A DNA stretch of 58,395 nt from positions 1 to 58,395 of the IMG/VR virus record IMGVR_UViG_3300031772_000043; one strand, 5' to 3'. Under the pieces are notes generated by a model, which saw only the letters and a program-made list of their open reading frames with translations, did not search any database and was not told the origin of the DNA. Below are positions 1-9,632 of this stretch, piece by piece. The translations under genes and the position numbers were made by a program. This stretch comes from a virus (lineage: Duplodnaviria; Caudoviricetes). The stretch's first letter is position 1. Each line of letters begins with the position of its first letter.

Positions 1-109
1 GTGGCAGGAGCCGGCCGAGACCTTCGAGAAGGCTATCGACGCGTGCTACAAAGCGTACCCGATCGTAGCCCCGCGCATCGCTAAGCGCTTTCCTCTCCCC
101 CGCAGGTAA
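1..109 (+). CDS. 3' end of a hypothetical protein (partial)
   Basis: Frame from nt 2 is open (WQEPAETFEKAIDACYKAYP...) to TAA at 107-109. Confidence 0.5.
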   Translation, partial: WQEPAETFEKAIDACYKAYPIVAPRIAKRFPLPRR

Positions 110-119
110 CTCTCCCCTC

Positions 120-1274
120 CTATAAATGGCCCTTCCCATCACGACGCGCGGTGTCTTTCTTGAAGATTACGTTCTGGGTCAGGGTTGATTCAATTCTGCG
201 TGTCAGCTCTTTCTCAGCTTCCGCGATCCAGAGAACAATCTTTTCCTTCAGGTCAGGAGGTGCCGAATCCCACCTAGCTCTAGCTTCCTCCCCTTTAAGA
301 TCTATAGCGCGAGAAAAAGCTTCTGGGAGAATCGGTTCTCCCGGCTTCGGTTCTCTCTTGGGGGCAATAGGCTGAGCTTTCGGTTTGCTAGATTTGTCCT
401 CTGCCTGCTGATTCTTTTCTGCGGCTGCAGGCTCTGACTGCTTAGCAATTTGGTTTAGCGGAAGTCCAGAGTCCGGTCCTCCCGATTCGTCGGCAATTAC
501 CCGAATAGTTTTCCAGTTGTTCTTGAGACTTGTCTTGAACATGCCACTAGTGCCCAAGTTGAAATCAAGCTCTCCAAGCTTGTCCGCTGCCCATTCTTTG
601 GTTGGAAACATGCGGCGAATCTTGGTCCCGTCTTCCAGGAAAAACTTAAAGTGGGAATCACGGGACTTGTAGCTTTTGAAGAACGCTTTGTCATGACCAA
701 CGGGTATTGCGTTGAACAGGTCGAATCCAGCTAAGCCCCCACGTGCATTGGGCTGCAGAATGTAACGCACCTGGACTTGCTTAGATTCCTGTTGCTTGCT
801 CAAGCGCTGAGCCTCTTCTGCGATGATTCGGCCCGAGGTAAAGACTTTCGTGCTGAAAAACGAAGCGGAGCCATCGGCTAGGATGGCCATGTGTTTCTTC
901 ATCGCAGTGAAGTACTGAATCCAGAGGTTGGCCGCCTCCCTCACATCACTCGGTGTTGTCTTGCCTTCAGCTATGGCTTTTAGCTTGGGCACAAAATCGT
1001 TTTCCCACCGAATCTTCTTGTCCTTGGACTTTGGGTCCATCAGTTTTTTGGCGACGGTTACCAGCTCTCTTATCGAGAGAAACGCGTAGCGGTTCACGTC
1101 GCCTACGCCCCGGCCTCGGATACCAGACAAAAACTCAACCACGTTCTTGAACGTAGTAATTAGAGCTACATCAGGAGGCACGGATACAGGCTCAGCATCC
1201 GCAGTACGCAGCCGAGAGAAACAGGCGACCAGCCATTGAGCCCTAGCCAGCTTCCTCAGAATTATTCCATGCAT
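120..1274 (-). CDS. hypothetical protein with basic N-terminal leader, candidate virion-internal protein
   Basis: ~385-aa ORF; GGAG upstream; N-terminus MHGIILRKLARA...RLRTA. Confidence 0.7.
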   Translation of the reverse strand: MHGIILRKLARAQWLVACFSRLRTADAEPVSVPPDVALITTFKNVVEFLSGIRGRGVGDVNRYAFLSIRELVTVAKKLMDPKSKDKKIRWENDFVPKLKAIAEGKTTPSDVREAANLWIQYFTAMKKHMAILADGSASFFSTKVFTSGRIIAEEAQRLSKQQESKQVQVRYILQPNARGGLAGFDLFNAIPVGHDKAFFKSYKSRDSHFKFFLEDGTKIRRMFPTKEWAADKLGELDFNLGTSGMFKTSLKNNWKTIRVIADESGGPDSGLPLNQIAKQSEPAAAEKNQQAEDKSSKPKAQPIAPKREPKPGEPILPEAFSRAIDLKGEEARARWDSAPPDLKEKIVLWIAEAEKELTRRIESTLTQNVIFKKDTARRDGKGHL

Positions 1275-1294
1275 CACCGAAGATAACTCCCTAT

Positions 1295-1309
1295 TTAGTT
1301 TGAAACTAA
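1295..1309. promoter_or_regulatory. perfect palindrome TTAGTTT-G-AAACTAA in a divergent intergenic region
   Basis: 7-bp arms with 1-nt centre, read directly; operator role is inferred. Confidence 0.4.
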
Positions 1310-1404
1310 GGTTCTACGGGCCCAAAAACCGGGTTGGAATGGTAAAGAAATCCAGCTCCGGAAATTTTGGGCGGCCAAGGGTTTAATTGAGAAGGGTTTA
1401 ACGT

Positions 1405-1593
1405 ATGCCTAGCGAAGTATTCGAGGCTCTGGTTTTAGCCGCGTCTGCTGACGACATCGACCACACGCCTCCGTATGAATTGCCCCTCTTGATGAGCGCG
1501 GAGCAAATGGCGGCGTTGAAGCGGGGTGAAAGTATTCCGATAGAGTACATTTCGATCTTTAACCCTAGAAAACTCACTAAGATCGAAGAGTAG
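1405..1593 (+). CDS. hypothetical protein
   Basis: 62-aa ORF, first gene of the + strand cluster. Confidence 0.55.
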   Translation: MPSEVFEALVLAASADDIDHTPPYELPLLMSAEQMAALKRGESIPIEYISIFNPRKLTKIEE

Positions 1594-1658
1594 GACTCGT
1601 AAATCTGTAAAACGTCTCTCTGAGATACCCGATTCCAGGACTGAACGAGGAGTAGAAG

Positions 1659-2114
1659 ATGGCGAAGAAGACAACGAAGAAGTCCCAGGCAGAAAAGCCC
1701 AAGTTCAAGTTCCACGAGGAAAACGAGTCCTGTGACGAAGATGTTCTCAGCACTGGACTAGTAGACCTGTTTCGAAGTGTTGAACTGAAAAAGTCGGGGA
1801 TAGAAAGTCTGACGGCAGCGTTAGATGTGCTGACTGCGGGGCTAACGGAGTGGACCGTCGAAGAAACTGACTTCCACCTTTATCCCAGCAAGTCTCCAGG
1901 ATCTTACGAACTAGAGGGCTGGTTTTCTCTCCGGGGTTCTCGCCTCGCTACAGAAGAAGAAAAGGCTAAAGCTCGTACGGTCTGTGAGCAGGACGATTTG
2001 CTCCGTGCGAAGAATCGGGCAAAGTCCGACCTGGCAGTGCTAAAGGATATCAAAAACAGAAATCCAGAGCTGTTTGCAAAGGTGCTCAAATCTGTGCGGG
2101 GCGTAAACGAGTGA
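1659..2114 (+). CDS. hypothetical protein
   Basis: 151 aa; GAGGAG RBS; stop overlaps next start. Confidence 0.75.
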   Translation: MAKKTTKKSQAEKPKFKFHEENESCDEDVLSTGLVDLFRSVELKKSGIESLTAALDVLTAGLTEWTVEETDFHLYPSKSPGSYELEGWFSLRGSRLATEEEKAKARTVCEQDDLLRAKNRAKSDLAVLKDIKNRNPELFAKVLKSVRGVNE

Positions 2115-2308
2115 CCCCCGAGGGAAACTGGAACCCGTGGTTTCGATATGTGGGAGCCATGATGATTGTTGGCACCGGATTTCTCCTCACTCACTCCGAG
2201 TGCTTGGAGATTGTCGGCGGCGTGATTTTCCTGGTTGCGATGCTCGCGTATCTGGCTAGATGGCTGCTCTGGGTAAAGAAGCTCTGGGTAAAGAAGTTCC
2301 ACTCCTAA
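2111..2308 (+). CDS. small membrane protein
   Basis: Two hydrophobic segments; GTGA overlap with upstream gene. Confidence 0.6.
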   Translation: MTPEGNWNPWFRYVGAMMIVGTGFLLTHSECLEIVGGVIFLVAMLAYLARWLLWVKKLWVKKFHS

Positions 2309-2428
2309 TTCCGTTCTGAGTTGTTCGGCATTTCCGAACACTTGCCTCACATGCACAATATCCCTTTCCCTGTTTTCGCCTAGAAAACAGGGTATGGGTG
2401 TTTTTACGGGTACCTTGTTCCACGGGCC

Positions 2429-2445
2429 GAACCCTGCCGATAGTA
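2429..2445 (+). promoter_or_regulatory. conserved 17-bp motif copy 1 (GAACCCTGCCGATAGTA), putative phage promoter
   Basis: One of six near-identical copies; followed by AGGAGG and ATG at 2464. Confidence 0.7.
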
Positions 2446-2463
2446 CAGGGAAAGGAGGTTCAA

Positions 2464-2712
2464 ATGTCGCAAGATCGCGTTTATGCACCGCATAGCTTTG
2501 AGCCTTGGCGTTTGAAGGACTTCGACTTCTGCAACGTGTGTTCGCTGCCCAGGCACAAACACGAGCAGATGTATGAGCCCAACGTAACAGCCACATTGTG
2601 TAATGAGCCTATTGAGGGCTTTGACGACACGGTTTGCGACAAACCAAAGAACCACAAAGAATATGACAATCCGTCGGAGCACACCTGTTCCGGAATCAGA
2701 GGCAACGCATGA
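2464..2712 (+). CDS. hypothetical Cys/His-rich protein
   Basis: AGGAGG RBS before ATG 2464; CxxC and H motifs. Confidence 0.65.
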   Translation: MSQDRVYAPHSFEPWRLKDFDFCNVCSLPRHKHEQMYEPNVTATLCNEPIEGFDDTVCDKPKNHKEYDNPSEHTCSGIRGNA

Positions 2713-3440
2713 CGATAGCTAAGTGTCCTCCGCACCGATTTGCACTTCGTCAGACAACAGGTCGCGAGACATGTATTGATTGTTTTGCGGAGGAGGAGGA
2801 GGAGGAAGACTACGGACCCTACGTAGCAGGCAAAGTTCAGGCAAACAGTGCCGACCGTGTAAGAAAAGCATATTCAGAACTGGGGGCAGCGGTTGAGGCC
2901 TGTGCCAGTGAACTGGAGCGCATGGGTTTTTCGTACAACGATTTATTGAGCCGTCAGGCTGCGCTGGTCGCTACTACACAGGTAGAGACTCGTGTGCGGA
3001 CTATTCGAGAGCTTGCACATGGTCTAGACTCAAGAGCAACCTACGCCGAAGACGGAACGCGGCGTACAAGTGTCCCTTTGCACTCTGTGCAAAGTCTAAC
3101 AGCTTTAGCGGATAGCGTGGAGAAGGGAACTGGGCGCTTGGGTTACAGTCCCGACTACATTAGGACCTTAGAAGCCGTTCTCGTGTCCATTCGGGGCTCA
3201 GGTGCGTGGGCAGCTATAGAGGCAACCGATTCAATCGGTCTTGGCTGTCAGGCAGATGGGCGTGCGGAGTTGCGTGAACACCTGGCTTCTTTGCCCGCAG
3301 ATCTAGAGATCCGAGTCAGAGCGAAGATGTTCAAGCTCGCAGCAGAAGCTTTGTTGTCAGCGCCCCCGGGTCCCGATACCAAAGAACATCATTACGCTTT
3401 CCTTTGTGCTCTCGCAGACAGGCTGGAGCAGAAAACCTGA
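2709..3440 (+). CDS. hypothetical protein
   Basis: 243 aa; ATGA overlap. Confidence 0.7.
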   Translation: MTIAKCPPHRFALRQTTGRETCIDCFAEEEEEEDYGPYVAGKVQANSADRVRKAYSELGAAVEACASELERMGFSYNDLLSRQAALVATTQVETRVRTIRELAHGLDSRATYAEDGTRRTSVPLHSVQSLTALADSVEKGTGRLGYSPDYIRTLEAVLVSIRGSGAWAAIEATDSIGLGCQADGRAELREHLASLPADLEIRVRAKMFKLAAEALLSAPPGPDTKEHHYAFLCALADRLEQKT

Positions 3441-3856
3441 TGTACTCCGAAGACGAATTGATTCAGCAGGTACGCGAGCTTGTGGCTATCGCTGTAGAAA
3501 CGGGAAGAGATCAGGAGCGCCTAAAGACCAAGTTCAACGTGGCCGCGTTCTTTGACAACAAAGCTGCCTGGTCCTCCGCTACATTCGGTCCTGGTGACCG
3601 CTATCAAGGGGTATGCAACCATATCCGAAAAGAGCTTCAAGAAATTGAATCAGACCCCTCCGATCTGACCGAATGGGTAGATGTTGTTCTGCTCGCCATG
3701 GATGGCGCGTGGAGGGCGGCGGGCGCAGACGGAGAGGCTTTCGTTAGGGCCCTCATCGCCAAAGACGAAAAGAACCGCAGCAGAACCTGGTCTGACTGGA
3801 GGACACTTGCTCCAGATGCTGTAAGCGAACATGTGCGAGAGGGAAAAGAGCGATGA
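3440..3856 (+). CDS. DUF550 / MazG-like all-alpha dNTP pyrophosphohydrolase
   Basis: WSSATFG...HIRKELQEI...DLTEWVDVVLLAMDGAWR matches the DUF550 pattern. Confidence 0.75.
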   Translation: MYSEDELIQQVRELVAIAVETGRDQERLKTKFNVAAFFDNKAAWSSATFGPGDRYQGVCNHIRKELQEIESDPSDLTEWVDVVLLAMDGAWRAAGADGEAFVRALIAKDEKNRSRTWSDWRTLAPDAVSEHVREGKER

Positions 3857-4083
3857 ACTTCGAAGCGTTAGCGGACCTCATGGGAGGTAAAATCGAAACC
3901 GAAGGCGAAAAAGACCGTACGATATTTGTCGTGATCGGCACACCAGATAGGAAGGTGCTCTTCCTTCAACGAGAGTGGAACGGTAAAACCGCCTATCTTG
4001 CAAACCCGTCCAAAAAGGAACTTGCGCGAGCGAAGCGAAAGCCCTTTGACATGTTCTCAGAACTACCCAAGAGATTGATGTGA
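3853..4083 (+). CDS. hypothetical protein
   Basis: Translationally coupled 76-aa ORF. Confidence 0.6.
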   Translation: MNFEALADLMGGKIETEGEKDRTIFVVIGTPDRKVLFLQREWNGKTAYLANPSKKELARAKRKPFDMFSELPKRLM

Positions 4084-4316
4084 CCGATACGGAATTTGAT
4101 CCTACCACCTGTGTAACCGCAGGCTCCTTACGTCTAGCAGGGCTGAAGGTCCCGGAAGCGATTCCAGACTGTGCCTGGGTTCCTCGTCACGCAATCTCTC
4201 TTCAGTTATCGGAAGTTGAGACAGCAAATACTGGAGAATTCCGTTTCAAGATCTTCGCTACTTTGAGGGAACCCCTTCGGTGGCTACAAGTAAATTGGCA
4301 CATTGATTTTGGGTGA
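4080..4316 (+). CDS. hypothetical protein
   Basis: Coupled 78-aa ORF. Confidence 0.6.
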   Translation: MTDTEFDPTTCVTAGSLRLAGLKVPEAIPDCAWVPRHAISLQLSEVETANTGEFRFKIFATLREPLRWLQVNWHIDFG

Positions 4317-4328
4317 GGAAGAAAAGCT

Positions 4329-4595
4329 ATGTACCGTGATTCCGATTCCGACACACCCATCAGTGCGTGGATAACTCACACGAGTTCTGGTCACGAAATT
4401 CACATGACCAATGTCAATTCCAAGTTGGGAGACGTTGTAGTATTCCCATTACGCCTTTCGGACGGAGAGTCTCAGCGTCTTCTCTCCGATTTCTATCAGA
4501 TGCTTCGCGGTCAGATGATCTTGCGACTTGGGCTCTTCCCCGCGCCGAAGCGGCCCACGTTCCTCGAACGTCTTCGTTGGCTCTTTTTCGGGTGA
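4329..4595 (+). CDS. hypothetical protein
   Basis: 88 aa; GAGGA upstream. Confidence 0.6.
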   Translation: MYRDSDSDTPISAWITHTSSGHEIHMTNVNSKLGDVVVFPLRLSDGESQRLLSDFYQMLRGQMILRLGLFPAPKRPTFLERLRWLFFG

Positions 4596-4601
4596 ACAAG
4601 T

Positions 4602-4835
4602 ATGGAGCAAGAAAAAGAGTCTCTAACTATCGAAAGAGCGAAGCGTGTCTTGGAACGCGCTGAACGCCGACTAGACTACCATCTTCGTATAGGGGACGCT
4701 CTGGAAGACGAGGCCCGAGACCTGTACTACACGAATATAGATTCTCCCGAAGGAAAGAAGTGGGGTCAGCTGAAAACGAAAGCTTGGCGCCATTTTGTGA
4801 TCGCCGGAGAACTCAGTGGAATTATCAGGAGGTAG
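4602..4835 (+). CDS. hypothetical protein
   Basis: 77 aa, tiles with neighbours. Confidence 0.6.
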   Translation: MEQEKESLTIERAKRVLERAERRLDYHLRIGDALEDEARDLYYTNIDSPEGKKWGQLKTKAWRHFVIAGELSGIIRR

Positions 4836-4838
4836 CGG

Positions 4839-5159
4839 ATGGGAATGAGTGTCGAAGAGTACGAAAAGTGGAAGTCAGCGCATCCTCGCGTAGTGGTAAC
4901 TGAGAACCCTAATGGTGGATGCGTTCTTACTGTTGATGGCGACGAAGTGTGGAGAGACTACACTAGTGAGCCAGAGGACATGTGTCTTACACGCGACCTC
5001 AGTGTTTTCGTGTACACCCTACGCTCCGCGATAGACGAGGCAGAGGTTAGAGGGGCGGACTGGGCTCTCAACGCCCTGGCTCGCAATAGAGGCAGCGTAC
5101 TGCCAGACGGTAAGTTAGCTACGGGTGAAAACGTTTGCCTCATGTACCGCTCAAAATAG
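4839..5159 (+). CDS. hypothetical protein
   Basis: 106 aa; AGGAGG RBS. Confidence 0.65.
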   Translation: MGMSVEEYEKWKSAHPRVVVTENPNGGCVLTVDGDEVWRDYTSEPEDMCLTRDLSVFVYTLRSAIDEAEVRGADWALNALARNRGSVLPDGKLATGENVCLMYRSK

Positions 5160-5169
5160 AAAGCCCCCT

Positions 5170-5850
5170 ATGCAAATTACAGAGGGTAGCTGGGTTCGAA
5201 TTTGTGCAATGGGTGAACCGCGAAGTTCTTTGGCCGGAAGACTGAAGGTGGGCAGTGTGTGGTTGGTTCGTGCGGTCCACGAAGCAAGCTACTCTATTTC
5301 CGGCTCATTGAATGGTTACGTTTACTCCGTTCCAGAGAGTTTAGTACGGCCCTGGATTCCTCGCGCTGACGAGATGGTTCTGATAGGCACGCCTCTATGG
5401 CCGAGAATGTTGGCCTCCGTACACAACCCCAAAGGGACGTGGATGGTCACCTACTACGGGGAACAGCGCACCTTATTTTCTGTGCCCCTTGCTGAAACAA
5501 TCCCCTATCTGGGTCTGGGGAGGATGCCCATAGAAGTTCCGAAAGAGACTCGCGCCGCAGCGGAAGCCCTCAGCAAACAAGTACGCTTTCCCACGGTTTC
5601 CCACTTCCCTTCAACTTGTTTGCGGTGTGGTGCTCCTGCGTACGAAGGGCTCTTTTCTGCCGAGTGTTCTAGGAAGTTCTTGTGCGGAGTCCGTTCCCCT
5701 ACGACAACTCCACAAGTCCGCAAACTCTTGAAAAAGACTCCAATGGGAGCACTGGAAATAGTTTACCAAGCGGAGTTACCCGGCGAACCTCCTCAGGTTC
5801 ACCCAACACGTGAAGGAGCTATTGCTCTATGGCACGAGAGAAACTCATGA
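5170..5850 (+). CDS. hypothetical protein with C-terminal zinc ribbon
   Basis: CLRCG...ECS..LC; start placed at ATG 5170. Confidence 0.6.
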   Translation: MQITEGSWVRICAMGEPRSSLAGRLKVGSVWLVRAVHEASYSISGSLNGYVYSVPESLVRPWIPRADEMVLIGTPLWPRMLASVHNPKGTWMVTYYGEQRTLFSVPLAETIPYLGLGRMPIEVPKETRAAAEALSKQVRFPTVSHFPSTCLRCGAPAYEGLFSAECSRKFLCGVRSPTTTPQVRKLLKKTPMGALEIVYQAELPGEPPQVHPTREGAIALWHERNS

Positions 5851-6212
5851 AACGTACCGCAGTTCTTGAGGAGGCGGCTAATGTTTGTGAGCGCATGGTC
5901 ATTGGTGGTCGTGCGTGGACTGAAGAGCAGTCGATAGCTGCCGCCGCTCTATTTGCAGCGGCAGGTGAAATACGTGCCCTGCCAACTGACAATGAGGACC
6001 CCATGATTGCAACGCTGACTTTCAACCTCCCCGAAGAGCAGGAAGCCTTCGATGCCGCTATGGAAGGACAGGGGGCACGGATCGCTCTTTCTGAGATACG
6101 AACCCATCTTCGAAATAGACTCAAGTACGGAGAGATTAGTGAGGAGGTAAGCAATGAACTTAGAGAGGTTCAGACTCTACTGTTTGATTCTACCGAAGGT
6201 TTAGACCTATGA
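5847..6212 (+). CDS. hypothetical protein
   Basis: ATGA-coupled ORF. Confidence 0.6.
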   Translation: MKRTAVLEEAANVCERMVIGGRAWTEEQSIAAAALFAAAGEIRALPTDNEDPMIATLTFNLPEEQEAFDAAMEGQGARIALSEIRTHLRNRLKYGEISEEVSNELREVQTLLFDSTEGLDL

Positions 6213-6589
6213 TGAAACTAGGGATTAACCCTGACGCGGGCCCTCCGTACGCAGGCTGGGATTTCTCCAAGGGGAACTTGGCTGTGGTAGCCAGTCGCAA
6301 TGGATACGGTTCCGTCCTGTGGTGGGTGGGTCTGGACATAGACCTACAGATCTCAGAATACGGAGCCCACGACCTAGGTGACCTGGGTCTGGACGACGCT
6401 CCAGACGGAATCCACGTCTGGCAAGGAAACTATATCTGGTCTAGTGGGGTAAACTACGAAGGAATAGATGAAGGAGGTGACGCTGAACCGAGAGGGGTCT
6501 TTCGCCCTCCAACCACTGAAGAGTGGGCTTTGATACAGAAAAACGAATGTCCTTGGAACATCGAAGACTGGAAGGTGAAGGATGAGTGA
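6209..6589 (+). CDS. hypothetical protein
   Basis: 126 aa, coupled. Confidence 0.65.
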   Translation: MMKLGINPDAGPPYAGWDFSKGNLAVVASRNGYGSVLWWVGLDIDLQISEYGAHDLGDLGLDDAPDGIHVWQGNYIWSSGVNYEGIDEGGDAEPRGVFRPPTTEEWALIQKNECPWNIEDWKVKDE

Positions 6590-7055
6590 CCAACCTGCTA
6601 TGTCGCCGGAAGAGGCGGTAGTCCGCACCACAGTGGTCCTTACCGACCTACTCGCCTTCAGTGCGCCTGTCGCCTCCGCTGCCGAGACCAAGGCCTTAGC
6701 GTCTATTCTTGAGACTCTCAAGATAATTGCGGAGAGGCCCGACATGGTCTTGGGTCCTGACGCAAGTCAGAAGTTCGTCCAACACCAGAATAAAGAGAAG
6801 GCGTCGCTTCTCTACGTGCTGCAGAACACGGTCATCGAACAGGCTCACATCCTGGACGCCGCAGTCAAGACCTCCAGTGAAATGGGGTGGGACATGCTGA
6901 GTCAAAAGGGAATGATCTCTGCTTTTCGTTGGGTGAGCGAGTTGCTGAAAGCGGTTGCCGTGGACCTGGCTCCAGACCTGAAGGTCGACCGCGTCGATAT
7001 CGAAGAATATCGAAAGGGGCGCGAAAAAGATGGCCCCCCTCCTGCACAAATCTAA
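6582..7055 (+). CDS. hypothetical protein
   Basis: 157 aa, coupled. Confidence 0.65.
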   Translation: MSDQPAMSPEEAVVRTTVVLTDLLAFSAPVASAAETKALASILETLKIIAERPDMVLGPDASQKFVQHQNKEKASLLYVLQNTVIEQAHILDAAVKTSSEMGWDMLSQKGMISAFRWVSELLKAVAVDLAPDLKVDRVDIEEYRKGREKDGPPPAQI

Positions 7056-7431
7056 AGGCCTATTTGAGTATCGTGTAGTAGACGGGTATCATCGCCTAGT
7101 TGTTCTAGTGGACCCAGAACTGCACCGGTACCTTAGAGCCTTAGTTCCTAGAGGAGCGACGTGCAATCGCCCGAGATACGCTCCTCACATCACAGTTGTT
7201 CGAGGAGAGGTCCCTCCTCGGCTAGACCTATGGGGTAAACTTGAAGGTCAGGAAGTAGAATTTGAGTACTCTGATTTTATCCACCACGACGGTACGTACT
7301 GGTGGATAAACTGCTTCAGTTCGACGCTAATTGATGTGCGTCTGGAACTGGGTTTACCGTCTAGCTATCGTCTAACTAGGCCTCCTGACGGCACCGAGTG
7401 CTTTCATTCTACTATCGGAAATTCGAAGTAA
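7030..7431 (+). CDS. 2H phosphoesterase family protein
   Basis: Two HxT motifs (PHITVV and FHSTIG) about 70 aa apart. Confidence 0.7.
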   Translation: MAPLLHKSKGLFEYRVVDGYHRLVVLVDPELHRYLRALVPRGATCNRPRYAPHITVVRGEVPPRLDLWGKLEGQEVEFEYSDFIHHDGTYWWINCFSSTLIDVRLELGLPSSYRLTRPPDGTECFHSTIGNSK

Positions 7432-7455
7432 ACCCTCACGGGTTATTTGCGTTTC

Positions 7456-7797
7456 ATGTATACGTACCTAGCTCGTTTGGTGAAGGTTGTAGATGGGGAT
7501 ACAATCGACATAGACATTTCGCTCGGATTCCGCATCACCATAATGCAGCGTTGCCGTCTTCGTGGGATAAACACACCTGAGACTCGTGGTGCTTCTAGAG
7601 AGGCAGGGCTGAAAGCTAGCGAGTTCACCAAAGCCTGGCTAGCCGGAGTAGAGCAGCTAACTATTCATTCGTTCAAACCATACGGTGACGACAAGTTTGG
7701 CCGCTTTCTAGTGCAGGTGTTTAAGACGCCTACCGAGCCCTCCTTGAACGATGCTCTTTTGGCTTCAGGCAATGCAGTACCGTTCATGGTGGATTGA
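7456..7797 (+). CDS. thermonuclease (SNase-like) family nuclease
   Basis: VVDGDT, RLRGINTPE and DKFGR motifs. Confidence 0.85.
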   Translation: MYTYLARLVKVVDGDTIDIDISLGFRITIMQRCRLRGINTPETRGASREAGLKASEFTKAWLAGVEQLTIHSFKPYGDDKFGRFLVQVFKTPTEPSLNDALLASGNAVPFMVD

Positions 7798-7812
7798 ACC
7801 CTGCTGATAGTA
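7796..7812 (+). promoter_or_regulatory. conserved 17-bp motif copy 2 (GAACCCTGCTGATAGTA)
   Basis: Overlaps the SNase stop codon; precedes the next gene cluster. Confidence 0.7.
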
Positions 7813-7871
7813 CTGAAAACATCCGTTGCCGCTTTCTCCCCAAATGCTATTTAGTAGCTAGGAGGTGCGCT

Positions 7872-8000
7872 ATGGATTGGATTCATATCCTCGCTTTGCT
7901 TTACTTCTTGCTGCTGACGCCTCTGGCTTTTGTGGGGTCCTTGTCCCTTTATTTACTGGCGGCAGCGCTTTGGCCGGGCGAAGACACCGATCGCAAATAG
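7872..8000 (+). CDS. small membrane protein
   Basis: GGAGG RBS; hydrophobic 42-aa peptide. Confidence 0.55.
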   Translation: MDWIHILALLYFLLLTPLAFVGSLSLYLLAAALWPGEDTDRK

Positions 8001-8008
8001 GCAAAGCT

Positions 8009-8419
8009 GTGAGCGAAGAAGACGACCCCTTTGGTCCGTGGGTTCCTACATTCAAAGTGTGGAACCTAAAGAGAAAAGGAACTGCCTCTCCGCCCAAGGA
8101 TGCCGTATATGTCGGGCGCCCCTCAAAGTGGGGTAACCCGTTTCCTTTGAACGCCGAGGCCGACAGGGAGACCGTTCTCGCGCAGTACGAAGACTGGCTC
8201 TTGCGCCAGCCTGTCTTGCTCGCCGCTGTGCGCTCGGAACTGCGGGGCAAACATCTAAGTTGTTGGTGTGCCCCTAAATTATGCCACGCAGACGTTCTTC
8301 TACGAATTGCCAATACAGACCTGCAGGAATCAATTTATGAGCATGTCCAGAGCACAGAGGGAAGCCGCCAGGGCTTCCATGGACGCACGCCGCGCAAACG
8401 CAGCGGCACACCGGAATAG
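8009..8419 (+). CDS. DUF4326 domain protein
   Basis: VYVGRPSKWGNPF...LRGKHLSCWCAP..CHADVL. Confidence 0.8.
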   Translation: MSEEDDPFGPWVPTFKVWNLKRKGTASPPKDAVYVGRPSKWGNPFPLNAEADRETVLAQYEDWLLRQPVLLAAVRSELRGKHLSCWCAPKLCHADVLLRIANTDLQESIYEHVQSTEGSRQGFHGRTPRKRSGTPE

Positions 8420-9632
8420 CCAGGCTGTCAGCGCCGCACAAAAAGATGCGGATGTTAGGCAGGCCCTGGAAAGGAGTCGGACCCGAGAGGGAACTGAGGT
8501 AAACGAGATTCTCAGCACAGGTATGCACCACGCTTTCTTTCTCCGTCTCAGGGGTCAACCCGGATGGCAAGCTACTCTTTCTTTTCCGCGCGACAAGCTC
8601 GCCTCCTTGTTGGCAGTCGTTGAGAAGAAGGCCCCTAAACTCATGATTCAGGATTATGGCGGTGCCATGTACCACATTGCAACGCAACCTTGGATCCGTG
8701 CAATGGAAACGTGGGCACCTCAGGGAAAGGGTAAAGACACTCAGTTCCGATCCCTGTGCACTCACCTCTTTGCGAAGTTTCCTACGCCGGTATTTCTCTG
8801 GTCTGGCTTCTTCGAAAGCAACAGCCTAGTGTTTGCGCCCATCATCGCTAGTATCGCAGCGGGAGGGAGCCTATACGACCACGTAAAGACGGGTGCGTTG
8901 AAGGTGCCCCTCACTCGAAAGATGTGCCACGAGTTCCTGCGGAACACCGCGGATGTTGGTTTTATGGAAGCCATCCGAGGCGTGCAGGTAAGGGCCGCAA
9001 ACGGGGACCGCAAGTTACTTCGGGCGTGGATGTCCAGTACTCCTGGACGCTCTCTTCAGGGAGAGGACGAGGCGTTCTGGGCTACCGTGCTTCATTGGCT
9101 GTCTCAACAGTCTATGTTGGACATGAGCCGAGTGGGACCGCTCTGCGATTACATCGCCTTCAGGAGACGCCAGGATGCGACCTTCAGCATGAAGGGGCGA
9201 GGGGCACTGGCAACCCTGCGCAGTATGGAAGAATGGCACGGAAATCTGCAACGCGTAAAGGCGTCCGGGCACACTGTCTTCGCTCCTTCGGGATACAAGA
9301 CGGGATTCTTTGACCTGACACGTCCCAAAGCAACTCGGGACATTTGGCATGTTACGGAGATTCTCACGGCCAAAGAATTGGCGGATGAGGGTCGCTTGAT
9401 GCGGCATTGTGTTTATTCCTATCAGTGGGCAATCGAGAAGGGATCGACCTCCATCTGGGTTGTGACTAATGAGGATGACACCGGACACTGGCGTAAGCTG
9501 ACGGTTGAAGTTCGAAATGACCTCAAGAGAATCGTCCAAGTACGAGGATCCCTGAATCGAATGCCCGAAGCCCGAGAACTGAACCTGCTAACTAATTGGG
9601 CCGGTCAGAACGGGTTGACAGTTTCTGTGTAG
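8337..9632 (+). CDS. PcfJ domain protein
   Basis: C-terminal ELADEGRLMRHCV...TVEV...QVRGSLN. Confidence 0.8.
   Translation: MSMSRAQREAARASMDARRANAAAHRNSQAVSAAQKDADVRQALERSRTREGTEVNEILSTGMHHAFFLRLRGQPGWQATLSFPRDKLASLLAVVEKKAPKLMIQDYGGAMYHIATQPWIRAMETWAPQGKGKDTQFRSLCTHLFAKFPTPVFLWSGFFESNSLVFAPIIASIAAGGSLYDHVKTGALKVPLTRKMCHEFLRNTADVGFMEAIRGVQVRAANGDRKLLRAWMSSTPGRSLQGEDEAFWATVLHWLSQQSMLDMSRVGPLCDYIAFRRRQDATFSMKGRGALATLRSMEEWHGNLQRVKASGHTVFAPSGYKTGFFDLTRPKATRDIWHVTEILTAKELADEGRLMRHCVYSYQWAIEKGSTSIWVVTNEDDTGHWRKLTVEVRNDLKRIVQVRGSLNRMPEARELNLLTNWAGQNGLTVSV

Noticed and set aside
2266-2296. 15-bp tandem duplication GCTCTGGGTAAAGAA (similar ones near 13745 and 24760)
   Set aside because: In-frame micro-duplications within coding sequence, with no sign of a repeat system.
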